A stretch of DNA of 64,000 nucleotides from Mobula hypostoma (Eukaryota). The position numbers and the translations under genes are program-made. The notes under the pieces were generated by a model. That model was not told the DNA's origin. It was given only the letters and a program-made list of their open reading frames with translations, and did not search any database. Of the stretch, positions 1-14,830 are shown piece after piece. The DNA lies in assembly GCF_963921235.1 (NCBI RefSeq), contig NC_086109.1:33978001-34042000 (forward strand). Direction: 5' to 3'. Each line of letters begins with the position of its first letter. Position 1 is the stretch's first letter.

Positions 1-1630
1 TAGCGAGGTGAACACGCCTGAAATGAACTGATTGTTAGTGCCTGGTGGGATCTCAAATATTATGATTGACAGTTCAAATAACCTGTCTCATGTGCAGGCA
101 CAGTTGAAACTATTAATTTCAATCACTGCACTGAAAGATCTTTCTGTAGTTATAAATGCATGGTAATGATGAGTGACTTTGAATGTGCATAGTTTAGTTT
201 GAAGCTAAATCATGCACCTGCTTGGCTCCACATTGCAGAGTTGGAAACAATCCTTGATGTGAATGAATTATTAAAGACAACAAAGGCTGGATTTTGACCT
301 CCATTAGGGTCTCTACCATCTGCTTGAGTTTGAATAATATCTGATGTTTACATTATTTTTAGAATATCATGCATAAAAGAGTATATAACAGTATGCAAAC
401 AAAGAAAGTAGTACAACGTAATCTTCTTTCACCGGTGCACTATTTATACCAAGCCATTGGCAAAATAAAGTTGGGCTAAAGCTCAAAGCAGCCGGCAACG
501 TCGTTTGGAGTAGAGTGGGTCCAAATTCTATTGTTTCATCTCACAAGAAGTGTGTTTGAATTGAGCCCAAAAAAACAAAATGAAAATCTCTCCCTGCAGG
601 ATACATGGTCACCAATATGAAATAGATTCCAAAAAATAGCTAACATCCATCACACAAAACCATCTATGATTACACTGGTAGCTTCAATAAAAGCCAAAAG
701 GTTACTTTTTTCACTTGAGTGAAAAATCAGCAGGCTCTGATGAATCAAATACTACGGAAAGGCATCAATTGTTGTCTCGTCAAAGTGAAAAGGTTACTCT
801 CTTGAAATAAAGAGGTGACACAAATTTAGGAATTATCACACTCCCACCTTAGAGCTGAACAGGAACTGTTTAATAATAGTCGCTCATTGAAAAACAATGG
901 GATAATTGAGTGGTGACCTTCACCATTTTAAAATATGGTTCACTGGAAAATTGAAGCTGGCAGTTAAGAAATTGACTGGAATGAAGTGAAGCACAAAATC
1001 GGCTATATGCCTCTTAAACTGAAGTATAATGTAATACAGATTTTTAATTTCAATTTGTCTAATATCACATATTAAAGAGTTAGTAGAGGTCAGCATAGTG
1101 GTTCAGGAATTAATGCTTCTGTTTGACCCTGACTTTGGGTGCTGTCTATGCAAAGTTTGCACATTCCCACCAGAACTGCATTGGTTTCTATTGTGCCCTC
1201 AGGTTTCTACCCAAAGACATGCAGGTACATCACCTGACTCCTATAGATTATCCCTTTGAGCAGGTTGATAGGAAAAGGAATCAAAGGAGAATTGATGGGT
1301 ATGTGTGGAAGAGAATAAATTTACAGGACTACAGAGAAATAAGGAGAAGGGGAATGGGACTGGTGGAATGTTTCTACTAGGAGCAATATAGACCCAATGA
1401 TCTTCCGTGGAAGATATCACATGGAAGGATTTGGTGTGTTCATATAATAGTAGTTCCTTTCCTCCAGAGTATTTTGCTGAAAATTATTACCTTTATTGAC
1501 TATATTTTTGAAATTCTGGGCATTTTTGTGGAAGTCAATATTTATTGTCCATCCATATCTAATTTCCCCAATGAAGGTGGTTGTGAGCCACCATCTAGAA
1601 CTGCTACAACTCTCCTGGTGAAGGTACTTC

Positions 1631-2675
1631 CTTTCTTCTTTCTTTATTAATCTTTTTATTGATTTAGAAGGAATATAAATACAAACAAGAGGAGAATTAT
1701 CTCAAATATATATATCAATAACAATACAAACAGAGATTAAAATAGACATTATCAAAATCAAACATAGTGTTAAGCCAGTACGTAATACATAATAAAAAAG
1801 AAAACAACTAATTCTCCTCTTACCAGTTCATGAAGAGAAATGAAAAAACTTTGAATTGTAAATGAAGAAAAAAGAACTCACTACACTATACAAAAGGAAA
1901 CGGACTGGGCAGTCCATTCAAAGAATACGACCAAAAAAAAGGAAAGACTTTCTGATCAAATCTAAAACTTTGAAAAAAAAATTGGAAGAGTAATAAATCA
2001 AATCCAAGTGAAAATATTGAGTAAAAGGTCGCCAGATTTACACAAATTTAAAGGATGTATCAAATGTCCAACTTCTTATTTTCTCTAAACTTAAACAGGA
2101 CATAATGGAGGAGAGCCAATAAAAGACAGTAGGTGGATTAGGATCCTTCCATTTCAGTAAAATGGCTCTCCTAGCCAATAAAGTTGAAAAGGCTATCATA
2201 CGTTGAGCAGAAACAGGAATATTTCCTGGTTTTGATGGGTAACCCCAAATATTGCCATAAGTAAATTAGGTTGTAGGTCCAGATCCAAGACTTCTGATAA
2301 TGTTTTAAAAACATCTCTCCAAAAATTGTCTAACTTTATACAAGACCAAAACATATGAGTTAAGGTGGCCACTTCAGTATTACATCTGTCACAAACAGGA
2401 TTGATGTTGGAAAAAATACGTGCTAGTTTATCCTTTGACATATGGGCTCGAAGCACAACCTTGAACTGTGTCAAGGATTGATGGGCACAAGTAGATGAGT
2501 TATTAACCAAATGAAGAATTTTACTCCATTGATTATCTGAAAATGACTCTTGAACTTCCAATTCCCAAGCACGTTTAATTTTATCGTTAGATATCATTCA
2601 TAAATTTAATATCCTTTTATAAATTATAGCTATCAACTCCTTTTTGAAGTGGTTTAAGCTGAAAAAGAGCCTGTC
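1631..2675 (-). mobile_element. L1-clade LINE 3' fragment (ORF2 cysteine-rich C-terminus + 3'UTR)
   Basis: ORF 2196-2597 contains QFKVVLR...PVCDRC...TLTHMFWSC..L..FW. The A-rich 3' end with AATAAA is at about 1631-1661. Confidence 0.8.
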
Positions 2676-2679
2676 ATAT

Positions 2680-4320
2680 TAGTCATAGTCATAGTCATAC
2701 TTTATTGATCCCAGAGGAAATTGGTTTTTGTTACAGTTGCACCATAAATAATTAAATAGTAATAAAACCATAAACAATTAAATAGTAATATGTAAATTAT
2801 GCCAGAAAATAAGTCCAAGACCAGCCTATTGGCTCAGTGTGTCTGACCATCCAAGGGATGAGTTGTAATGTTTGATGGCCACAGGCAGGAATGACTTCCT
2901 ATGATGCTCTGTGCTGCATCTCGGTGTAATGAGTCCCTGGCTGAATATACTCCTGTGCCCAACCAGTACATTATGTAGTGGATGGGAGACATTGTCCAAG
3001 ATGACATGCAACTTGGATAGCATCCTCTTTTCAGACACCACTGTCAGAGAGTCCAGTTCCATCCCCACAACTTCACTGGCCTTATGAATGAGTTTGTTGA
3101 TTCTGTTGGTGTCTGCTACTCTCAGCCTGCTGCCCCAGCACACAACAGCAAACATGATAGCACTGGCCACCACAGACTTGTAGAACATCCTCAGCATCGT
3201 CCGACAGATGTTAAAGGACCTTAGTCTCCTCAGGAAATAGAGACGGCTCTGACCCTTCTTGTAGACAGCCTCAGTGTTCTTTGACCAGTCCAGTTTATTG
3301 TCAATTCGTATCTCCAGGTATTTGTAATCCTCCACCATGTCCACACTGACCCCCTGGATGGAAATAGGGGTCACCGGTACCTTAGCTCTGCTCAGGTCTA
3401 CCACCAGCTCCTTAGTCTTTTTCACATTAAGTTGCAGATAATTCTGCTCATACCATGTGACAAAGTTTCCTACAGTAGCCCTGTACTCAGCCTCATCTCT
3501 CCTGCTGATGCATCCAACTATGTCAGAGTCATCAGAAAACTTCTGAAGATGACAAGACTCTGTGCAGTAGTTGAAGTCCGAGGTGTAAATGGTGAAGAGA
3601 AGGGGAGACAAGACAGTCCCCTGTGGAGCCTCAGTGCTGCTGATCACTCTGTCGGACACACAGTGTTGCAAGCACATGTACTGTGGTCTGCCAGTCAGGT
3701 AATCAAGAATCCATGACACCAGGAAAGCATCCACCTGCATCGCTGTCAGTTTCTCCCCCAGCAGAGCAGGGCGGATGGTATTGAACGCACTAGAGAAGTC
3801 AAAAAACATGACCCTCACAGTGTTCGCTGACTTGTCCAGGTGGGCGTAGACACGGTTCAGCAGGTAGACGATGGCATCCTCAATTCCTAGTCGGGGCTGG
3901 TAGGCGAACTGGAGGGGATCTAAGTGTGGCCTGACCATAGGCCAGAGCAGCTCCAGAACAAGTCTCTCCAGGGTCTTCACGATGTGGGAGGTCAACGCCA
4001 CTGGTCTGTAGTCATTGAGGTCACTGGGGTGCAGCGTCTTTGGCACAGGGACGAGGCAGGACGTCTTCCACAGTACAGGAACCCTCCGGAGCCTCAGGCT
4101 CATGTTGAATACATGGCGAAGTACTCCACATAGCTGAAGGGCACAGGCTTTGAGCACCCTGGTACTGACACCATCCAGTCCTGCAACCTTGCTTGGGTTG
4201 AGACGTTTCAGCTGCCTTCTCACCTGTAGAGCTGTGAAGCCCACCATGGTGGTTTCATGTGGGGGAGGGGTACAGTCATGAGAGCAGGGTGGGGGACTGT
4301 GAGGAGGGGTAGGAGGGGAG
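2680..4320 (-). mobile_element. Rex1/Babar non-LTR retrotransposon, 5'-truncated, with uninterrupted RT ORF (2826-4247)
   Basis: The 473-aa ORF contains NDYRPVALTS, FFDFSSAFNTI, PQGTVLSPLLF and LQKFSDD. AATAAA is followed by a (CTATGA)n tail at 2680-2699. Confidence 0.9.
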
Positions 4321-5699
4321 AGTGGAATATGTGTTGGTTGGAGGCCGACAACAGATGACTCATGTGGGTGAAGGTACTCTCATGGCACTCTTGGTTCCAG
4401 GATTCAAATCTGGGAAAAGTGAATGAAATTTCTGAGGCAGAGCAGAGCATAATTTGCAACAACACTTGTGGATAACGGTGCACCACCGATAAACAAATGC
4501 GTAGGGTGGAGAATGGCATACCAAACTACTGTGTTGCTTTGCGCTAGAATGTGTAAGCATTAATGGAGGGTATCCTTTGACACCCATCATTGTCTAGTAA
4601 ATGGTGAAAAGGTCAAGACAGTCTCATTCTATGGTATCAAGCAATGTACAAGGTTTGATTTCAGCATTAGATTGTTGTGCCTTTCATACTTTATTTTTCC
4701 CAAGACCTCTGGATTCCACCCATGGTCATATGTTGCCTTGATGTCAAGAGCTCACTTTCTCTGCACCTCTGGAATTTAGCCATTTGGACAAATGCTGTGA
4801 TGAAGTCTGAAGCTGAGTGATCTTGACAAAACTCAAAATGAGTTGTGTGAAGATTATTTTGCAAATAAGTACTGTTTTAATAGCACTGCCAATGACAGCT
4901 TCTATCATCTTGCTGGAGACTGACAGTGGTTTGATTGGAAAGTAATTAGCCAGATTGGATGTTTTCAGATTTTTGTGAACAGAACATATTTAGTCAACTT
5001 CCAGATTGTTGAGTAGATGGAAATGTTGTGATTGCACTAGAACAGCTTGGCTGGAGATACAGCTAAATTTAGAGCATAGATTGTCAGTATAATTGGTGTA
5101 TTGTCTGGTCTCACAACATATGCTGTATCCAGAGCTCTCAACCTTTTATTAAAATCATGTGGACTGTATCAATTTGGCTGCAAGTGGCAAATATTCCCAT
5201 TAGAATATTCCACCAGTGGAGTTTCCCAGACATTTTACATTTAACAATTTTATGGGCTTAAGCAGGGTTACGATACTTCAGCTTAACCTAAGTTTTGTTG
5301 ATAGGCATCTAAGGAGGAAGTCAAAATGGATGACTTCTGTGACATGCTTAAATCTTCATTTTAGTGTTTTCATGCTGCACCCTACCACCATTGAGACTGA
5401 GGGTGTTCTTGGACCATCCTCCTTCTGTTAGTTGCCCATCACCATTCAGAACTGGATGTAAGTAGGACTGCAAAGGTTCCATTGGATTTGTTGTCTGTGA
5501 GGTTACTTAGCTTTGTCAGTGGTAGACATAAACAGAAAATATTGAAAAAAAACTCAACTGGCCAGGCAGCATCTGTAGAGAGAGAAGCAATCAATGTTTT
5601 GAGTCTGTGACCCTCCATTCTGTTTTTGCAGTGTGCCTTTTTCCTGCATGAGGCTTACCCAAATTGGCACATCATTTTAACCCTGGTGCTGCTCCCAGC

Positions 5700-7010
5700 A
5701 TGCTCTCCTACACGCCACAAGAAGAGCAGGGTGAGATATCTCAATGACTATCACACAGTGGAACTCACACCTACTGTGATGAAGTGCTTTGAGAGGTTGG
5801 TCATGGCTAGAATTAACCCCTGCCCAAGCAAGGACCTGGACCCATTACAAGTTTCCTATCACCACAACAGGTCTATGTGGACGCAGTCTCACCGGTTCTC
5901 CTCTCGGCCTTGGATTACATGGACATTGGTAATTCCTACGTCAGGCTACTGGTTATTGACTACAGCTCAGAGTTCAACACTAGCATACCCTCAGTTCTAA
6001 TCAACAAGCTCCAAAACCTGGTCCTCTGTACCCCACTTTCAAACTGGATCCTTGACTTCCTCACCGGGAGACCACAGCCTGTGTGGATCGGAAATAGCAT
6101 CTCACCATTGATAATCAACACTGGCATACCTCAAGAATGCATACTCTGCCCACTGCTCTACGCTCTCTACACCGATGACTGTGTGCTGGGCACAGCTAAA
6201 ACACCATGCAACTTTTGTTGGCAGAATAATTTCAGATGGTGACGAGGAGGCATACAAGAGCGAGATGGTTGAGTGGTGTCACAGCAAGAGTGTCAACATC
6301 TGTGAGACCAGGGAATCGATCGTGGACTTCACAAAGGGGTAGTCTAGGGAAGACACACCAGTCCTCCTCAAGGGGTCAGTAGTAGAAAGGGTGAGCAGTA
6401 TCAAGTTCCTGGTTATCAACATCTCTGAGGATCTCTTGTGTGCCCAATACATTGATGTAATTACAAAGAAGGAACAACAGTGGCTGCATTTCATTAGGAG
6501 TTTGAGGAGAATTGGTATGTCACCAAAGACACTCGCAAATTTCTAGGCATGTACCATGGACAGCCTTCTAACTGGTTGCTTCACTGTCTGGTATGGGAGG
6601 GGCCAGTGCACAGGCTTGGAAAAAGCTGCAGAGAGTAAACTTAGCCAGCCCCATCATGGGCAGCTTCCAGTACATATTCAAAAGGTGATAACTCACAGAG
6701 GTGCCATCCATCACCGAGTACATGCCCTGTCTCATCGCTACCATCAAGGAGGAGGTACAGGATCCTGAAGACACACACTCACTATTTCAGGGCAGCTTGA
6801 TCTCCACCATCAGATTTCTGAATGGACAATGAACTCATAAACTCTACTTCAGTATTTATTTTCCCCTCTCCTTTTGGGCTACTTATTTAACTTAATGTTA
6901 TTGTAATTTATAGTTTTTATTATTTTGCATTGTAATATACTGCTGCTGCAAAAGAAAAACAAATTTCACGATCTATGTCAGTGATATTAAACCTGATTCT
7001 AATCCTGATT
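5700..7010 (+). mobile_element. Degenerate Rex1/Babar-like LINE (frameshifted RT)
   Basis: Fragments LNDYHTVELTPTVMKCFERLV, IDYSSEFNT and GIPQECILCPLLYALYTDDC. The 3' end reads attaaacctgattct. Confidence 0.8.
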
Positions 7011-8840
7011 CCACATTCAGCTCAGACATGATAGTAATGGTGGAGGAAGTTGTTATTATGCTGTGGTATGTGACATGTTTGGCCATAAGGCCACAGTTTG
7101 TGTGGTTTACTTTTCTGCTGTTGTTGGGGTTTCACATTGCCTAATCAATGCTCAATTTTGAGCTGTTCTGATTCCATCACAGTTAGTACAATTGTAGCGT
7201 CACACAACAAAATGGAGGGTGTTCTCAGTATGATGGTGGAAATTGGTCTGCAGAGTACCTGTGGTAGTCACTACTATCAAACGCTATAACCATTAGATGC
7301 ATCAGCCATGAACAGTTTGTCTGATCCTCAATGGTATGGCCCATGACAGACACCCAATTTAGCAGCTTGTCCTTCAGGGTTTGACCAGCTTACTCATTTG
7401 TGGTGCTACTAAAGTAACCTAGAAGGCCCCCTTGTGTCCTTGCCACTTTCAGTGTTTCTTCCAAGTATTGTTTAGCATGGGGAAGCTCTAACTCATTAGC
7501 TGAGGAAGGTCAGAAGGTGGTAACCAGGAGAACCTTTCTTTGCCCGCGTTTGAAGTCAATGTTGAGTGCTCCAAGCGCTATTCATTTCCCTGTCTACCAC
7601 TATACCACCACCTCTGATTGTTACCTTCAGTGGGATAGGACATACCACTGTAATGGAGATGTATGATGCATTACCTCTGAGAAACGATTCTATGTATATA
7701 TCTGTAGGTGGGACAGTTTCTCAAAAATTTAATCCTCAAATGTTTCTGAGGACAACTTTGCAAGGTTCACCAGATTGGTAGCAACTGAGCCTTTTCCAAG
7801 TTCTGTACCCAAATCAATGCCAGATGGTGCTGAAGGTTTAAAAGAAACAAAAATATTTTCCTATTATATCTTTTAGCTCATTTGCCCACTCCTTCTTGAA
7901 TGTTATTTCACATTGTGTGGATGATTTGACGGCTAAATCTGATGAATATTTTCTGTTTCAGCCACCACACGTTAGAGTTCTTTCATCAGTTTGGTTGAAG
8001 AGACCCACAGTTGCCTGTCATATAACAAATCCACATGCAATGGTGGAAAGGATTTCTAATTCACCCCTTTCCTGCAAAAAAACTTGTGAGTCCAGATGCT
8101 ATTTTGATAAACTCCAAGGAAACTCTCTTCACAACTCATCACTCATCTCAAAATTGAAATAAGAGAGAATATTAAAATGCAACTGAGCCTTAAAATGACA
8201 TTATACAAATTTGAAAAAAAAACATTTTCTATCTTAATAACTGAGTTGGACTGGAAATTTCAATTATGGACCACAATAAGCAAAATATCTGGTTTCAATG
8301 AACTCAAGACAAAGCAATGAATCAGTTTGTAATGGCAACATGATTTCCCACCATCTCAAATCCTCTGAAGTTTTCAAAACCTAAGTTCCTCTCTCCAAGT
8401 AGTGTGTAACTATTTCAAATACTGACAGATATTTTCCAGCGCTTGGTCTGGGGTCAAATCTGTCCCCATCCAAAACAGTTTAACAATGTCAGGCCAAAGG
8501 AAACTAAAAGAACATTTATAGAAGTTATAAGAAAAAGATGTGGCAATGCTGCATTTTCTAGGAAGCATTTATGGTTACATAGAAAATAATGAGTATTGAT
8601 GTTACTGTTATTGATTAAGTATGACCTTGTAAAAATTACAAACAGTGAATTGACTCTACATCAGAATATTTTCAATCTTGCCTCAAGCCATTGTTTTTTT
8701 CCCTCCAGTAGCTTGTTTTTGTTGCAATCATGGAAATCTTTAGAATCTTCCAGTACTTTCTTTAGGGGTATTTGCAATTTTGTTATACTTATTCAAATCT
8801 GTTTTCACTTTTATACCTTAATCCTTTAAAGAAACAAGTA

Positions 8841-9216
8841 CAGGTGACCCCTGCATTAGAGGAAGTCTGTGCTCCTAGAAAACAGGCCACATGATTTTCC
8901 AATACATCATGGGATTATCTGCATATCCGCAAAAAAACACAGATTGTAAAAAAATTGTTAACACGTGAGATTCTTGTCCTGATGTAGGGTCTTGGCCTGA
9001 AACATTGACTCTTCATAGATGCTGCCTAACCTGCTAAGCTCCTCGGGCATTTTGTATTTATTACTCTGAAAAAAATTGTCTTGATTCATTTACATTTTTC
9101 ACATAAATTTCGCAAGGGTGAATTTCATTCCATATCACAAATTTTTAGATAATAATTTGGAAATTCTGTAAGGGTGAAATTCTGTAACACAAATGAGTAC
9201 AGTGTAGAGGTGCCTG
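8841..9216. mobile_element. Possible pogo/Tigger-like MITE interrupted by a Penelope-derived fragment
   Basis: TA|CAGGTGACCCCTGCA at the left and TGTAGAGGTGCCTG|TA at the right form imperfect terminal inverted repeats. Confidence 0.4.
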
Positions 9217-11619
9217 TAACATATTCTGCTGTGTCTCCTTGTGACTCAAAACTAGAGAAGTCATTTGGAGTTATTTCAAGTAACACATTTCTGCATAATT
9301 TCAATCTAGTTTTAGGGCATTTCTTCTGTGATATGATTTGATTATTTTAACTAGAATATGTAGGAAAGTTTAAAAATATATTGAGACACTGATAAATAAA
9401 ATAAATAGATTTCAGCAGACTTGGTAGTAGCTCTGAAATACATCATAATATTGGTGTTTCTACTCTCATGGCCTATATTCCTGACTCAGGAAATTTGGAA
9501 ATATGTCCCTCTTCCAGAAATGAAAATCTGATATGCAATGAGGTTATAAGGCAGAAAGAGTTGCTGGGTTGTATTATGCAGATTGATGAACTGGTGGTCC
9601 CGAATGGAATTGACACCAGTTCGCCACCAGCACCAATAGAACTCTCAAACTTCTGTGCATGCATGGTCAAGCACATAAGTTTGTGATTGGTTGCATATGC
9701 TGGGACATCTGATAGTCCATACCAACACTGTACCCACCACGGAGTTGTGGAGAAATGGAGCAACAACTCACTGGGGACTGAATCGAGATGCTTTTCACCT
9801 CTGGCCCCCCAGATCTGCTAGCAAAGATTAGCAACCCCTTCAAATCAATGGGGTTACTGGCTCAGTGGAAGAAGTCAGTGTTTGACTTATTCTAATCCAT
9901 TTCAATGTGTTTAATTATTGATTAGATCTTTATCGTGCTTCAATTGAATTTACTTTCAATATGTAAATAATATGTCAAATCATTTAAATCTACTTGAATA
10001 TTTCAACGTGTTTCCGCCCAAGAAAATGCCTCTAGCAGCTGAGGAGTAGTTAAAGCCTATCAGTGCATTCTTCCAGGAACCAATATGTGAGACCTGCTGT
10101 TTGCTCTTAATTCTGCTCTGCCTCACCAGATGCCTGGAAAATGGGAAGGCTCAGCACATTCTTACCTCCCCATCTGAAAAAGTAGATCCAGATGGATAGG
10201 TGGTCCAGGACACAGTCCACTGTGCAATCTTGCTGATAATTGTCTCTTAGCTATTTTTTGTGTCAGTTTTTGAAATACAATTTACCAATCTGATAACCAA
10301 TCTGTGCCAGATAAATCCATCCCTTCACAGAATAACCAAGTGCTGAGAGGCATCACAGTGCTTTCAAAAGACTCCATTGCCTTCAGTCAACCAACTAAAC
10401 TGAAAGTACTGCACACCTATTGTTTCTGTGGGTTCATTCTTAACAGCAAACGTCTGCAGTTCAGATATAATACTAGTTAGTCCAGACAAAAGTTTCCTGT
10501 AACTCTATTTTTAGTAGAAGTTAATATTCTACACTAGCCAGATTACATTTTTTCTCAGTAGCCACATCTGTAGCAATTTGGAACAAGGCAGTTGATTTAT
10601 TGTTTCCACAAATTCATTTTGGTGTAAGGAGTCAAGTCCAAAGTGGAGCTTACATCTCTCCATGGACAGATTTTCATCCCTTTAATCAGGGCTGGTTTCA
10701 AAGCTCCATCATAGTTTTGCAATGCTGCCTATTTCACTGGTCTAGCAATATGAAGTGATTACAAAAATTTCTTAGACCATAAGACATGGACGTAGAAGAG
10801 GGATTAGGGAATTTGGCCCATCAGATCTGCTCCACAAATAAATTCTTTAAATAAATTATTCTATATATGTGTTGCAGTATCAGTTTTTTAACTGCATTGT
10901 TACTGAATAAACAATGATAGGGACTTAACATGCAAGTATGGCTGCATTGCAAATGACTTACTAAAGGTAGCAGTCCAACATGTGCCTTACACTATCTTCA
11001 TTTTTACTGTTGCACAAAGCATTAACTGATATAATTCCTTTGCAAACTGCCCAGCTTTCTTGGAGATATCTGGTTTTATTTATACTGAGAAAATACGATC
11101 CACAGTTTAATCAGTGAAACTAATAGCTATTTTGGCTTTGCAACCTGGGAAATATAGGATTGTAATGGATAAAGAGTTTACAAGATCTATATAAATGTGC
11201 ATAGGCAAAATTATGCCAACAATATAATTTGTTTGATTATGTACCCAATTTGGCATTATTATATAAAATATGCCAGTTAATTTTTAAAATGAAACTAAAT
11301 TCATTTGTATGGATTGATTTCCCATGAGTGTAGAAGGGGTAGCTATAATTAATGTTTTTAAAACCATAGGGGCTCAGCTGGTTAGAGAAGGGTAATTTTT
11401 TCTCTGATGCCAAAATTCAGAACAGATGGAATGTAATGGGGAAAATGTGATGGCGTCCACCTTGTAAGAAATAAATATAGAAAAGCAAAGTATTTTTAAT
11501 GTGAAAAACTGAATGAAGATCCTTCATCACAATAAAGCTATGAGAGTTAACATACTGGTAGAGCACATAATTTAGGAAGATAAATTACATGTTGGTCTTT
11601 ACTGCAAGAATAAACAATC

Positions 11620-12125
11620 TTGCTGTAATTACATCGTGTTCTGGTGAGATCCTACCTAGAATAAATTCCAAAGGCTTCATCTCTCTTCTGATGAAGGATA
11701 TTCTTGTGAATTGGGCAGCACAGCAAAGGTTCACCAAACTGAATCCTGGAATGTCAGTTTTAACCATGAAAGAGATTAAAGATACTGATTGAGAAATGAA
11801 TTCATTGCAAGACATAACATTCTTAACGGACGTGATATGGATGACATTTCTCCTGGTTGGAGTATCTACAAATGAGGCTCACAGTCTTAAAATAGGCAAT
11901 TGGCTATTTGGGACTGAGATAAACAAAGGGGAGTGAATCTTCTAAAATCTACCTAAATGGGCTCTGAAGACTAGCTACTGAATAGAGTCAAGAGAATACA
12001 ATAGATTTTTGGATATTATGGGAGTCAAGGTTTATGGAAAGAAAAACCAGAAGTCAAAGATCATCCATGGTCTTATTCAATGACAGAACTAGCACAAGAG
12101 GAAAAAATTTACTTCTGCTTGCATT
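11620..12125 (+). mobile_element. Decayed CR1 LINE 3' fragment
   Basis: Recognisable CR1 3' sequence (e.g. translation QQRFTKLNPGM). Boundaries are approximate. Confidence 0.55.
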
Positions 12126-14559
12126 TCTCTCATTCAAATATTCATAATGAGAAACAATTACAAAAACAGAACAATGCCATCTAAGATCTATATCAGCAGC
12201 ATGTTGTCACATAAGAGACAGCTGAAATCTAGCATTAAGACAGAAAATACTGGAAAGTTCAGCGACATTTGGAGAAAGAACAAAATAGCCAAATAAATCT
12301 TATTGCAGAAATGTTATAGACAAAGCAAGCTTTAAGATGCAGGGAAGAGATTAATAGTTAAAAACCAAAAGGATTGATATTGATAGGTTAGGGGTCAAGA
12401 GAAATAAAATGCATATTTTTTCTTTGAAAGATTATTGATATTTTCATGATTGAAATTGAAAACATTCTTTCAAGGATATTATTAATAGAGAGCAAAGGTG
12501 AAGAAAGGATTTTGAAGGATATATTAGAAATATTGAATTGACTTGTGAGACTGATTCCACGTTCATAAAATCACACTTCAGAAAAATTCGCATTAAGCCT
12601 AAATACTGTAGTATCAGTAAATTATTCTAAAAAGTGCTACTATAATATGATTTTGTTTAGTAAAATAGGTGGTCTGATAAAAACCAATTTGTTACTAACT
12701 GGTTACCAAAATGAAAATTGAATTAAGCCTGGATTTCTTCTCAATAAGAAATGCGTACAACTTCCTATCACACCCGTACATTAGTTAGGTTTAAGTGGGA
12801 TGTTTGTTACAATGGTGTCCCATATGGCCCAAAGATAAGTTGCCAAGTCTACATGCTCTCCATCAAAATGATTATTACCTCTTGCCTCCATTCTTATTCA
12901 GTTCATCCACTGCTGGACCCCTTGTCATTGTATTTGTCACTTACAGACATGTCTTCTCCCGTGTGATCTCCTGCCAACATGCAATTTTTCATGTCATTGG
13001 TTCACAACATATTGTTCGTAAGCCACGCACGGCCTGCAAGATCTTTCCTTCTGGTGTGCTCTAGCTAACTACCTAAAATGTTTTTCTTTTTAAAGATTGA
13101 TTTTATTTGTCACATGTATATATGAGGTTTAAAAAGGCACTGGTGAAGCACAGTGATGACTTCCTGGCAGCAAAAACAACCATTAACTACTTTATTAATC
13201 ACACTTTTTCTGGTAAACGATCACTGCAATCAATAGTCTGTAAATTCCCTTTCGGAGTCAAGCTTATGAACCATCTGTGTGCCCTAACATTTTTGCAATG
13301 TGAACCAAAGTCTCAAAGGCGCAGAACAGTTGCGGTGTGGCCGAATCAAGGCAGTGGGGCCCAGGCCCGAGAGCGGTGAATGAGCCAGTGTTTGGCTGCT
13401 GGAGCAGACTTGGAAACAATTCGTAGCAGAACCTAAATGAAGCAAAGTCAAGGCAGTGGGGCCCGGGCTCAAGTGTGAAGGAGAAGCCAAAGATTGACCG
13501 ATTTAAGTACCAGGCCAAATTAGAAAGGTGGGGTAATGACTGAATTGTGGCAGCAGGTCCTGGGCCCAAAAGTGTATCGAAGCTGCAGGGTCCAAGAGTC
13601 AGAGCGAGAAATAATCCATTATTTGGCCAAATCAAGTGCTGGGCCAGATTGAAAAGGTCAGGGTGTCGGGGCAGGAGGCGAGGAAGATGTGGAGTTCAGC
13701 TCGCTAATCTGTGACATTTATTGGTCTCTGTGCTGAACTGAGGCTCTGGCCTGCAACTAATGGGCTCTTGGATTGGTTGTCACTGTCTTCATGGCTGTGG
13801 ACTCACCTTCGTGAACTTCAGTTCCAAATGTTATTTTGTTTGTTTTTATTGTTTGCACAATTCGATTTTTTTTCTGCATGTCGAGTGTTTGATGGTCTTT
13901 TTCTTAATGGTATCTGTTGGGTTTCTTTGCTTTGTGGCTGCCTGTAAGGAGATGAATATCAAGGCTGTGTATAGTACACGTACTTTGACATTAAGGGTAC
14001 TTTGAACTTTGAAACATGCAGTATCAAATCAATCAGCAAGGATTGTGCTGGGCAGCCCACAATTGTTGCCATACTTTCAGTGCCAACACAGCATGCCCAC
14101 ACCTCCCTGAAACGTGGGAGGGAACTGGAGCACTCAGAGTAAACCCACTCAGTCGTGGGGAGGATGTATAAACTCCTAACAGGCCATAGCAGAAATTGCA
14201 ACCTCGCCAGTGAAGGCAGGAGCAATAAAGCAATGTGCTAATCTACTACACTAACGTGCTACTCTTTTTAGTTCTAGTTCGTCGTCAACGCTTTGCAACA
14301 TAGACATTCGACAAATAGAGCTACTTATGGTGAATGAGAAGAGCTCCTCCATTCCTGTAATGTGCTAATTTGGTTTTGCTTTTCCGTAATAATCATTCAA
14401 TAGCTGAAACACAGAAAGACAGCATTATCTTAATGTAATGTGAGCAAAACAGAAATAACAAACGTGAAGGCCACTTATTCCAACTTCCGTTATCAGGAAA
14501 GACTGAAATCCATTATTAAGGATATCAGTAAGACATTTAGAAAGTTATAAGCTAATTAC

Positions 14560-14830
14560 TGGGTAGCACAATAGCATAGTGGCTAGCACAATGCTTCACA
14601 GTAGAGGAAACCAGGGTTCAATTCCCTCCACTGCCTGTAAGGAGTTTGTACATTCTCCCTGTGACCACATGGGTTTCCTCTGGGTGCTCTGGCTTCCACC
14701 CACACTCCAAAAGTTGGTAGGTTAATTGGTCATTGTAAATTGTCCCGTGATGAGAGTAGGATATCGGGGTTGCTGGGTTTTATGGCTCAAAGGGCCAGAA
14801 GGGCCTGTTCCATATTGTATCTCAATAAAT
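14560..14830 (+). mobile_element. tRNA-derived SINE (V-SINE/HE1-like)
   Basis: A-box-like tagcatagtgg, B-box gggttcaattcc, core ggagtttgtacattctccctgtgacc and an aataaat tail. Homologous to 53113-53411. Confidence 0.75.

Noticed and set aside
14560..14630. tRNA-like A/B boxes
   Set aside because: This is a SINE head with no cloverleaf.
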